IMG/VR virus record: IMGVR_UViG_3300029841_000009
Location: 1 to 64,000 of that record
Length of the DNA: 64,000 bases
Reading direction: 5' to 3' (one strand)
Origin: a virus
Taxonomy: Duplodnaviria; Heunggongvirae; Uroviricota; Caudoviricetes
This document shows, piece by piece, positions 28,800 to 36,948 of this stretch (position 1 is the stretch's first letter; the number at the start of each line of letters is the position of its first letter). Made by a program: the position numbers and the translations under genes. The notes under the pieces were generated by a model. The model was not told where the DNA came from, made no database searches, and was given only the letters and a program-made list of their open reading frames with translations.

Positions 28800-28991
28800 A
28801 TGACAAACCTACCCCATGACTATTACGTCAACCTCGTAAAGATCCTTCTCAAGAAAGCCTCATACGCCGATAAATTCCGCCTGGCTGAAATCATCGAGCG
28901 CGAAGCTATGCGCATCGCCAGCAACGATAACGCTGTTTCTGTCGCAAAAATCTCCCTCGTAACCAAAGTAGTTATGGGAGGTGCAAAATGA
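28800..28991 (+). CDS. small ORF translationally coupled to the antirepressor (icd-like position)
   Basis: 63 aa; stop overlaps the antirepressor ATG. Confidence 0.4.
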   Translation: MTNLPHDYYVNLVKILLKKASYADKFRLAEIIEREAMRIASNDNAVSVAKISLVTKVVMGGAK

Positions 28992-30169
28992 AAACGCTTC
29001 CGACCGTTAACACCCTACAGCCTATCCTGCATAACCAGCTCCCCGTTATCACTACTGAACTACTGGCGCAATTGTATGGAACCGAGCGCCAACGTCTGAC
29101 AAACAATTTCAATAGAAACAAGGAACGTTTTATAGAAGGTAAACACTTTTTTAGGATAGAAGGTAAAGAGTTACGAGAGTTGAAGAACAAAAACTCTTTA
29201 AGAGTTCCTGTGAGAGTAGTTAACGAACCATCTTTAAGAGGGTTACAAATTCCCCCGAAAGTTCGCTCCCTCATCCTCTGGACAGAACGCGGGGCTGCAC
29301 GTCACGCCAAAATGCTTGAAACTAACCAAGCGTGGGATGTGTTCGAACGGCTGGAAGACAGCTACTTCAACCAGAACGCACAAACGGCCGCGACCGTAAC
29401 CGTCTCACCAAACAATGCTCGTGAGGTTGTCGATACGCTCAACGCCAAACCAATGTATTACGTTAAGGTGTGCAACAACGAGCCACTCACAACCTCAGCC
29501 GATGTTGCCCAAGCATTCAGCACCACAAACAATTCCATCGTTATGGCCATCGATGCGTTACGCATTCCTCGCACGGCTGCGGCGCGTCACTTCTTTAAAG
29601 AACAACGACCGCTGGAAGGAAGCGACCGCGAAATAACAATCTATCGCATGACAAAAGACGGATTTACCTTGCTCATGGAAAGTATCGACGGTCCAGGCGT
29701 GAAGGATATCAAGCTGGCCTACATTGAAGCCTTTAACGCTATCAGCAGCGTGTTAAAGGCAGAATACGAGCGAATGCTATACAACCGACTGTATCAGGAA
29801 ACAAAGATTATCCGAACGGCAACAGAACATCATCGGCTATTAACGGAACCAAACTACCGCAAGACACTAATCAAAGAGTTTGACAAGGCGACGGAGAAAA
29901 CTAAAGCGGCACTAAATCTACCAACAATGACTAAAGATGATGTGATATCAGCCTTACTTCTTGATCTGCTCAGAAACGCCAGAGCACTTATCAGTTTTGA
30001 CGAAAACCTGAATCCTCAGCTCAAGCTACTACCACCGACAGGCAAAGTAGTCGACCAAGCAGATCACAACAGCATACTCAGCGTACTGGATGCAAACCTG
30101 CCAGCCAGGACACTACAGGAGCTGATAAAAATATCTGCGGATAAACTGGCCGCAGGTGCAAAACCATAA
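28988..30169 (+). CDS. ant: phage antirepressor (AntA/ORF6N-like N-terminal domain)
   Basis: 393 aa; N-terminal VITTELLAQLYGTERQRLTNNFNRNKERFIEGKHFFRIEGKELREL resembles antirepressor N-domains; sits downstream of the RNA-like region. Confidence 0.55.
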   Translation: MKTLPTVNTLQPILHNQLPVITTELLAQLYGTERQRLTNNFNRNKERFIEGKHFFRIEGKELRELKNKNSLRVPVRVVNEPSLRGLQIPPKVRSLILWTERGAARHAKMLETNQAWDVFERLEDSYFNQNAQTAATVTVSPNNAREVVDTLNAKPMYYVKVCNNEPLTTSADVAQAFSTTNNSIVMAIDALRIPRTAAARHFFKEQRPLEGSDREITIYRMTKDGFTLLMESIDGPGVKDIKLAYIEAFNAISSVLKAEYERMLYNRLYQETKIIRTATEHHRLLTEPNYRKTLIKEFDKATEKTKAALNLPTMTKDDVISALLLDLLRNARALISFDENLNPQLKLLPPTGKVVDQADHNSILSVLDANLPARTLQELIKISADKLAAGAKP

Positions 30170-30203
30170 AACAAAGCGCCCGATTTGGGCGCTTCTTCAA
30201 TTC

Positions 30204-30839
30204 TTAATATTTCGGTGTAATCAGTAGCGATACATGCCCTGATTTGTCACGAGAAACGTAATACTCGCCTCTCTTAGTCTTGAACTCAGCTTTCTGCATA
30301 TCTGATTTAACAATCTGCTCTAACTGCGCAATCACGGTGTCTCTTTCACTTGACGCATCCAAGACTTCAACTGCTACGGCCATAGAAAGCAAGGAATCAG
30401 AGTTAGGCTTGGATACTCGCCATAATAACTCAGAAATCTTCCCATCCTTATCAACTCTAGCCCGACCGTTAACAGATGAGTTGATGGCAAATTCAACGGT
30501 GTTATTACCTTGTTTAACAGACTTAATTCTTATAGTGGAGGTGGCTTTTCCTGATGTAACGATGCCTTCAAGGTCATCATTATATAACTGCTTAAACTTA
30601 TCTACGGTCACACCATCAAAAGCAGCTCCGGTAGTAGCCGCAGTGTTGGAGTCTTCTGGGATCAAGGTCACAGCCGCAAGAGTATTAACAACTACAAAAG
30701 TAGCAATCCCGAGAAAGCCACTCACTAAAACAGCTTTGAACTTACCACCAGAAGACGAGGCACATTGTTTCCGATATGCGCCACGAACTACGAAGAAACA
30801 CAAAATCAGGCTAATAATAAACGCCACCAGCATCCCCAT
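30204..30839 (-). CDS. membrane protein (two N-terminal transmembrane helices), unknown function
   Basis: 211 aa; hydrophobic segments LVAFIISLILCFFVV and VLVSGFLGIATFVVV followed by a soluble domain; convergent with ant. Confidence 0.45.
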   Translation of the reverse strand: MGMLVAFIISLILCFFVVRGAYRKQCASSSGGKFKAVLVSGFLGIATFVVVNTLAAVTLIPEDSNTAATTGAAFDGVTVDKFKQLYNDDLEGIVTSGKATSTIRIKSVKQGNNTVEFAINSSVNGRARVDKDGKISELLWRVSKPNSDSLLSMAVAVEVLDASSERDTVIAQLEQIVKSDMQKAEFKTKRGEYYVSRDKSGHVSLLITPKY

Positions 30840-31399
30840 AGAAATCTCCTTTTAGATATAAGGGTAAAGCAATATCGTATTAGATCTTCCTTAAGACACA
30901 ACCCCCCCTCCCCCCATACAGGGTGCCCTTTACCGGAGTTCCGGCCCCTTCTCAAAAGCATCAAAAAAAGCTCGAGATCGAGTACCGGAACTCATGCCAC
31001 CAGATAGCTCCACATCGTTTCCAATGCTTCGCCGCCGTGTGCGCCCTGTGGCCCACAATCATGCCATTGGTCGTCTGATATACCTTCTTCTGCTCATTGA
31101 GCACAGGCGAGTTGTCGCACTCCTGCCTTTCTCAGACTCGACTTAGTTTAGATCGCTGTTCCTGGCTTGCGTCAGCACACTTTCCCCTTGTACGCATACC
31201 CGCGCGCCACTTCGCCCAAAAACACCGAACCCAACGAAGTAGCAAAGACAACGACGCGAGCGTGAGTCTGAAACGTGCACCAGTAAAAAAGGGGTTGCAG
31301 GCGCAAAAAGATTTGATTATCTTTAGACGCAAGAAAGCCGCCCCAATCAAGAGGTGTCTTTTTAAATCCAGCCTACCAAGCAAGATTTAAATTTCAGAC

Positions 31400-31432
31400 T
31401 GAAAACCGCCCGGCAAGGCGGTTTTTGTCTTT
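31400..31432 (+). terminator. rho-independent terminator
   Basis: AAACCGCC-CGGCAA-GGCGGTTT followed by TTGTCTTT, at the end of an ORF-poor stretch. Confidence 0.45.
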
Positions 31433-31474
31433 CTGGCGCTTACATTACACCACCAGAAAACGATCCGTAAAGGA

Positions 31475-31747
31475 TCATTTGATCCCTTGTTCCAATTCTG
31501 CCGACACTTTAACCTTTTCCCATACAAGGGTTTGCAGCCTTAACAGAATCGCATCTTTATCAAGGTGTGAAAGATCCTTAACCATATCGTCAAACGACAG
31601 AACGCGAATGGCCATCTCAATGACCCTCGGCGGCTCCCCCTTCTCATATCGCTTATATGTAGCCAACGATATCCCAAACTCTTCGGCTGCTCGCTCCTGC
31701 GTCCAGTTCATCCCACGACGCCATAATTTCAATTCGTAACCCGTCAT
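31475..31747 (-). CDS. HTH XRE-family transcriptional regulator
   Basis: 90 aa with LKLWRRGMNWTQERAAEEFGISLATYKRYEKG helix-turn-helix. Confidence 0.55.
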   Translation of the reverse strand: MTGYELKLWRRGMNWTQERAAEEFGISLATYKRYEKGEPPRVIEMAIRVLSFDDMVKDLSHLDKDAILLRLQTLVWEKVKVSAELEQGIK

Positions 31748-31848
31748 TACATCCTCTACCTTTCCCTAGATATTCAATAAATTAGACATAGCCACTCACG
31801 ACAAAATAAGATGTATTAACAATCCAATCTTTAGGCTTTAGGTAAAAA

Positions 31849-32274
31849 ATGAGTTCATCTGCTTTTGTCACCGTGGTCACTGGTGTAAGTGTTTTTGTTC
31901 TAGGCCAACTCATCGTCAAAGGAGCTATTGAGCCTTACATTTCATTCAGGGAACAACTAGGGAAAATATCCAATCTGTTATTATGTAACCAAGCAAAAAT
32001 AGTGAATCCTAGCTCGAACTTAAAGCCAGAAATCATTCATGATCTAAAAGATTCCGCAGCACAGTTAATGGCAAAATATTCCACTTTACCTTTCTATATC
32101 AAAAAGTTACATATCGGCTTTCGTCTTGTTCCATCAGCCACCGAGATTCTTGGGGCAGCTCGAAATTTGAACTATATAGCGTCAATACATGAAGGTAAGA
32201 CTGGGGAGAATCCATCTAAGCATCTCGAAGAGATTGGCCATATGCTCAAAATACCAACTACCTATTCAAGCTAA
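31849..32274 (+). CDS. membrane-anchored hypothetical protein
   Basis: 141 aa; N-terminal transmembrane helix (FVTVVTGVSVFVLGQLIV); divergent from the HTH gene. Confidence 0.4.
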   Translation: MSSSAFVTVVTGVSVFVLGQLIVKGAIEPYISFREQLGKISNLLLCNQAKIVNPSSNLKPEIIHDLKDSAAQLMAKYSTLPFYIKKLHIGFRLVPSATEILGAARNLNYIASIHEGKTGENPSKHLEEIGHMLKIPTTYSS

Positions 32275-32376
32275 CCCAATGTAAGTTATCGGCTTGCCCC
32301 ACAATAAGTTATCTATCTTCAAACGCCCCTATATTAACACTCGCAAAGTGTCAAAATGACACTTTGCGCATTGTGT

Positions 32377-32757
32377 TTACTTAACGAGGAATAAAAATGG
32401 TTTATCGTTCGGCGGTGTACTCGGGGCTGGCTCGCTTTTGCTCATACGATCAGTGTACCAGGCCAGCTCCTTGTCAAAGTAAGCCTGATTAAAATAGGCC
32501 ATGAATGTGGTTTCAAATCCATAACGACCGCTAATACGCAGCATCTGATTGCCGTTCTCTGTTTCCAGATATACCTGGGCACGTTCCTGATTCTCCTTCA
32601 GCCAAGTTAAAGCCTCGTCGCACGAGGACACACGATACTCATCATCGTAGCCGTCATCGATGCGGCTTGAAGAAGAACGGCAAATCACGCCAACAGAACC
32701 AGCCAGGATAGTTTGAATTTTAAGGAAAGCGTTTTTGCGGATTTTAATCATGCTCAT
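32377..32757 (-). CDS. hypothetical protein (cargo of promoter-leader repeat copy B)
   Basis: 126-aa ORF starting right at the repeat. Confidence 0.45.
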   Translation of the reverse strand: MSMIKIRKNAFLKIQTILAGSVGVICRSSSSRIDDGYDDEYRVSSCDEALTWLKENQERAQVYLETENGNQMLRISGRYGFETTFMAYFNQAYFDKELAWYTDRMSKSEPAPSTPPNDKPFLFLVK

Positions 32758-32870
32758 CGGGTTATCTCCGGTTTAACCAGGGCGGGTATCGCTCGGTTTC
32801 GGGTATAACCATAGGAAATTTTTTCCCACCTGTAAAGCACTTTTATATAAATCTATAATTATATAATTCT
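32755..32870 (-). repeat. promoter-leader repeat, copy B
   Basis: Nearly identical to 63334-63449 and about 95 percent to 22757-22870; contains TTTACA-17nt-TATGGT and a GGAGA ribosome-binding site. Confidence 0.7.
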
Positions 32871-32919
32871 ATGAGCACAAAAAAGCCCCTTTGCAACAGG
32901 GGCTTATCATTCGTTCTGA

Positions 32920-33219
32920 TCAGATGTTAAACGCTATTCGTTTTCCTGTGGGAAGCTCAACATCCAGGCTTAATTTGCCTCCCATAGCTTCAACGTAACG
33001 CTTTAATGTCGCCAGCTTTAAATCATTTCCGCGCTGCTCCAGCTTTGTTACTGCTGGCTGGCTTATACCCATCGCCTCAGCAACCTGCTTTTGTGATAAC
33101 TGGAGTTCTTCACGCATCATCTGCAAGCCGACCTCAAGAATCATCTCATCTGCCATTTCTTTAATTCGCGCCTGGCTTTCCGGTAAACGGCTGGCAATCA
33201 CCTCATCTAATGTTCTCAT
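32920..33219 (-). CDS. higA: HigA-like antitoxin (HTH XRE)
   Basis: 99 aa with helix-turn-helix LSQKQVAEAMGISQPAVTKLEQ; immediately downstream of, and coupled to, the toxin gene. Confidence 0.6.
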   Translation of the reverse strand: MRTLDEVIASRLPESQARIKEMADEMILEVGLQMMREELQLSQKQVAEAMGISQPAVTKLEQRGNDLKLATLKRYVEAMGGKLSLDVELPTGKRIAFNI

Positions 33220-33572
33220 TACTTGCTCTCCAGTGTGTTCAGATGTGCTGCAAACTCATCCTCAGCTATACGCACCAGTTTTTTATAAAACCGCTTATCG
33301 TTACTTTTGTCTCCTGCACAAAGAACGATAGCCCGGCGAATCGGATCGAACGCATAAAAGGCTCTTATCGGACGGCCAGAAAACTGAACGCGAAGCTCTT
33401 TCATATTTTTGTACCGAGAACCTTTTACGGTATCGGCATATGGCCTGGGTAACTCAGGTCCGTAAACCTGTAGCTTTTTCAAATCAGCCAAAACCTTTTC
33501 CTGAAGAGCGTCTTCTTGCTCATTTAGCCAGCCGTCAAATCGCTGGCTAAAAAGTACCGTCCACATGCTCAA
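33219..33572 (-). CDS. higB: HigB/RelE-family toxin (Gp49-like addiction module killer)
   Basis: 117 aa; ELRVQFSGRPIRAFYAFDPIRRAIVLCAGDKSNDK matches the conserved core of this toxin family; toxin-first gene order; TATAACCTGT-type palindromes upstream. Confidence 0.65.
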   Translation of the reverse strand: MSMWTVLFSQRFDGWLNEQEDALQEKVLADLKKLQVYGPELPRPYADTVKGSRYKNMKELRVQFSGRPIRAFYAFDPIRRAIVLCAGDKSNDKRFYKKLVRIAEDEFAAHLNTLESK

Positions 33573-33810
33573 TCCTATAACCTGTAGTTTATATCACTAA
33601 CTATATAACCTGTGAGTTATAATTTCAAGAAAAACGGGGCCATTTAACATAATGGACGTTATCGGCACCACCGGATCACCGTTCATTGTCGGATCTAAAA
33701 AATCCGCTCAAAAGATCATGTTTTCCTGGGCGTTTTCCACCGTTTTTTATGTTGCTTATTTGTTAATGAAATCTCGTTTTCAGTTTCGCCTCATTTTCGA
33801 CGCGAAAGCC

Positions 33811-34101
33811 CTATTTTTGTGACTTTACTCCTGGCATATGGACTTCCCAGCGACGAATCCCCATAGCTGCGCAAAAATCAGCCACATAATTCAATCCCGC
33901 CCATTCGCGGATACCACCACGGGCTTTTTCAATGAAAACGGCAATCCCTTTTTTATTGAGAGCAAAAAGCCGCCAGCTTTTTGTCACTTCGTCCTGGGTA
34001 GCCACAACACAAGTGAAAGCTCCCATGCGATACAGGTCCAAGAACTCTTTGCGTGTTTTGCGTACAAGTTCCATAACAAACCTCATATTTGCATGTTTCA
34101 A
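33811..34101 (-). CDS. hypothetical protein (downstream partner of a two-gene module)
   Basis: 96 aa; 4-nt overlap with the upstream gene. Confidence 0.4.
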   Translation of the reverse strand: MKHANMRFVMELVRKTRKEFLDLYRMGAFTCVVATQDEVTKSWRLFALNKKGIAVFIEKARGGIREWAGLNYVADFCAAMGIRRWEVHMPGVKSQK

Positions 34102-34397
34102 ACATCTGTTTTGTTATCAATGAAGATTAACCCTAACCCAGCGAAGTAACACAGCAGCGCCCAGGCTGCATACGGAATGCTGGATCTGGATGTGGACTCC
34201 TTTAACATCTGCCAGTTGCGAACATTGCGACTATCTTTTAAGCCTAGTTTTTTGGCTAACTGCGAGCCGCTCATTCCGGTCAGGCCAATGACTGCCCGAA
34301 CTTCTCCACATGTAGGAGATTCCCATTCATCCGCTTTTTTTAAACAAGCCGGATTCAACATTTTTAAAACAGTATCTTTATCCATAACCATCTCCAT
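34098..34397 (-). CDS. HTH-like protein with C-terminal hydrophobic helix
   Basis: 99 aa; helix-turn-helix-like GLTGMSGSQLAKKLGL and C-terminal transmembrane-like AAWALLCYFAGLGLIF. Confidence 0.4.
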   Translation of the reverse strand: MEMVMDKDTVLKMLNPACLKKADEWESPTCGEVRAVIGLTGMSGSQLAKKLGLKDSRNVRNWQMLKESTSRSSIPYAAWALLCYFAGLGLIFIDNKTDV

Positions 34398-34779
34398 TTA
34401 TTATATCTACGATGATAGGAAATCTTTTCCTATGTGGCAATAGAAATTTACTACATTGCGTATAAGACAAGTTTTCTATGTCTAATAGGAAATGATGTTT
34501 CTTACATTTTATCGCGTTCTGATGGCTACTGTGTGCGTATTTATCGACGTTTATTGATAAGGCTCGCCCCTTCCTCCTGCAAAGCCCGGCCGTAGGCCTT
34601 ATTTCGGCCTTATATAAATTGATTTTGTATAGTTCGAAACGTGCCGTTTCGAAAAGGATGATCAGGCTGCTCCATGCCTCCGGCAAGTGCCGGAGGAGGT
34701 ATATTTGAGCGTAGCGACTCGAACCGGCGCGAGCTTTAGCTCGCTGCAAGGGCGAACATATTCACAGGCAAAGCCTGTG

Positions 34780-35028
34780 TAAGTTAAATAAAGAAAGTCT
34801 TAATAAAAGAAAGTGATTTTGCATTTATTTGTTTAGTGCATCTATTATAAAAAACCATTTGCATATACATATCAGAACTGTGGATAACTTTATTAGCCGA
34901 TGCCTGTAAAGGCGATATTTTTGCTGTGTTCAGGTTTAGAGAAAATTAATTTAGATTGTTTTTTGAACAGATATTTTATTGCGACGTAGATAATCCTCCG
35001 GTAAAACCGGATTCATCATTCAGGTGGG
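34780..35028. other. putative plasmid origin (oriR-like): AT-rich region with a DnaA box downstream of repA
   Basis: TGTGGATAA (DnaA box) at about 34879-34887 roughly 150 bp downstream of the repA stop; AT-rich, ORF-free, several palindromes. Confidence 0.45.
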
Positions 35029-35877
35029 TTAATGTTGGAGTGATTTCCAGGTCTTTCTTAACCTGTTATAACGCTGCTCAACGAGGGATCGTAAATATGC
35101 AAGGTCAGCACCAGGATACATGCCATCAGCAAATTCCTGACTAACCTCTCTGGTGATTTGATGACGAAGTTCGGCCTCTCCCTTTTCCCGAACAAGACGC
35201 GCAGCTCTCTCCGCTGCTTTCTGTTTTGCCTTTATCTCTCTGGCCGTCTTCCTCTGACGCCATACATTCTCCATCTGCTCCTGAATAACAATACGCTTAT
35301 AATCAGCCTCCGTTATCGCTTTTTTAAGCCGTTCGCTATTCTTCGCATTGAAGTAATTAAGTTTCTGGCTAACCGCACGTCTCCATGCTTGTTCAGTAAT
35401 ACCAACGGTTTCCAGCAGTTGATCACGAATCTCTATTTTCGCTGGCCAATACTGTTTATTCACCCGATCCCAGCGACGTTCATAATCAATAAAACCTAAC
35501 GCTTTCAGTTGCGACAACGCCCTTGTACAGCGCGTTATAGACTTGTTCCCAGCTTCGGATACGGTAGACAGGCCGCAAAAATCAGCCAACGCCTCAGCAC
35601 TAGCCAGAACCCGCTTAGAAATGATGTTTACATGGTGCAAAATCGCAGCGATCACAGCATTAATCGCCCGACGACGATGCTCGTTTATCCGGCGCTTCCG
35701 CTCTGACGGTTGATTAACGTAGAACGCAACCTCACACGTAAGATCACGCCCATTAATGCGCTGTAAAGCATCAGATAACACCAGCGGCAGCTTGTGCGTA
35801 TGGTGCTTTGGAGGCTGGAACTCCGGCGACAAATTACAAACGTAAGCTGAACGTAGAGACGGCATTGGTCTATCCAT
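35029..35877 (-). CDS. repA: IncFII-type replication initiator RepA (RepA1-like)
   Basis: 282 aa from the internal Met (MDRPMPSLR); SITRCTRALSQLKALGFIDYE and an Arg/Lys-rich C-terminus closely match R100/R1 RepA1 as recalled from memory. Confidence 0.75.
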   Translation of the reverse strand: MDRPMPSLRSAYVCNLSPEFQPPKHHTHKLPLVLSDALQRINGRDLTCEVAFYVNQPSERKRRINEHRRRAINAVIAAILHHVNIISKRVLASAEALADFCGLSTVSEAGNKSITRCTRALSQLKALGFIDYERRWDRVNKQYWPAKIEIRDQLLETVGITEQAWRRAVSQKLNYFNAKNSERLKKAITEADYKRIVIQEQMENVWRQRKTAREIKAKQKAAERAARLVREKGEAELRHQITREVSQEFADGMYPGADLAYLRSLVEQRYNRLRKTWKSLQH

Positions 35878-35964
35878 ATGTTCGCTCTTGCGTCCACGGA
35901 AAACCAACGTATAATGGGAGTTGTCGAGGCGCCCATGGATTGTTGTTGTTGGTTTTCCGTGGAT

Positions 35965-36005
35965 GTCGCAAGAAGCCCGCAGATTTATCTGCGGGCTTTT
36001 TGTTT
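35965..36005 (+). terminator. rho-independent terminator on the strand antisense to the repA leader (CopA-like antisense RNA 3' end)
   Basis: AAGCCCGCAGA-TTTA-TCTGCGGGCTT followed by TTTTGTTT about 100 nt upstream of the repA start, on the opposite strand. Confidence 0.45.
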
Positions 36006-36372
36006 CCATATCTGGTCACTTTCCAACCAGACACCCACAATCATAACCACGTTACGTGGTTTTAAGAGAACTCTACCACAACACTTTCGGTCATGCACGA
36101 AGTCTCTCACTGATCGAACGATAATCCACCAGTAAAAGGATCTAAATTGGATCTCGTTTTGCGAGCATCATACTACTGGCCTAACTCCAGTCAATGATTC
36201 CCAGCCAGAAACCTGCGGTAAACTCATCGTTCAGCAATATGCTGTCCGGCTTCAAAGATAAGGTGACATCATCCCTTAACAGCGCGGCCAGCTCCGTTAA
36301 AGGGTTGTTTTGACTTAATGCAAAACCGCTAATAAACATATTGGCGGTTTTGTTCCTTAAATCATCTTGCCT

Positions 36373-36948
36373 TTACACTAATTCTGGCCATTCGATATCA
36401 GGGGCATTTTCCGGCTGAACGCGATTCAGTAGCACACGGTATTTTTTCCAGTGTGTCAGGCTTAACTTTTCTTCCTCGGTAGCCATATCTAAATCGACAG
36501 CATCCTGCAGAGTGGCAATAATTTCACCTGCATATGCAATCAGCTCTTTCTTCTGAGAGTCAGCCGCTCTGACAAGCGCATCACGCTCTGCATTCTCATC
36601 ATTCACCCACGCATTGCCGTTCCATTTCTGATAATCCCCCTCCGGGGAAATGGCTGTCACGTCTGGAGGTAATACGCCAAGTTCAGAAATATAAATGGCT
36701 GCTCCCGTTTTCGTTTCATAGACGGTCTTTCCGCGATGGTCTTCCATCAGTTCCCATTTCATTTCATCTGCATTGAAAACGGCTGCATAACCCGCCGGAA
36801 TATCAGGCGGTGCAATATCTGTACTGTTTGCAGGCAGGCCAGTATACGGTGGGATATATGCGTCACTTTCGCCAATAAATTCATTGGTTCCATCAAGTAA
36901 ATTGAAAACGCGGATAGTTTGTGCTTCTGCACTCATTCTGAAAGCCAT
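36373..36948 (-). CDS. tfa: tail fiber assembly protein (lambda Tfa-like chaperone)
   Basis: 191 aa; MAFRMS...NEFIGE...[22 protein letters not shown]...[11 protein letters not shown]...APDIEWP matches lambda Tfa nearly residue for residue in conserved blocks. Confidence 0.85.
   Translation of the reverse strand: MAFRMSAEAQTIRVFNLLDGTNEFIGESDAYIPPYTGLPANSTDIAPPDIPAGYAAVFNADEMKWELMEDHRGKTVYETKTGAAIYISELGVLPPDVTAISPEGDYQKWNGNAWVNDENAERDALVRAADSQKKELIAYAGEIIATLQDAVDLDMATEEEKLSLTHWKKYRVLLNRVQPENAPDIEWPELV

Noticed and set aside
31097-31390. ORFs 31097..31390 (+) and 31132..31383 (-)
   Set aside because: They are mutually antisense with low-complexity translations in an ORF-poor structured region; neither has a convincing start context.
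34378-35144. ORFs 34378..34749 (-) and 34956..35144 (+)
   Set aside because: They fall in the AT-rich, palindrome-rich putative origin region downstream of repA; composition and lack of ribosome-binding sites suggest non-coding DNA.
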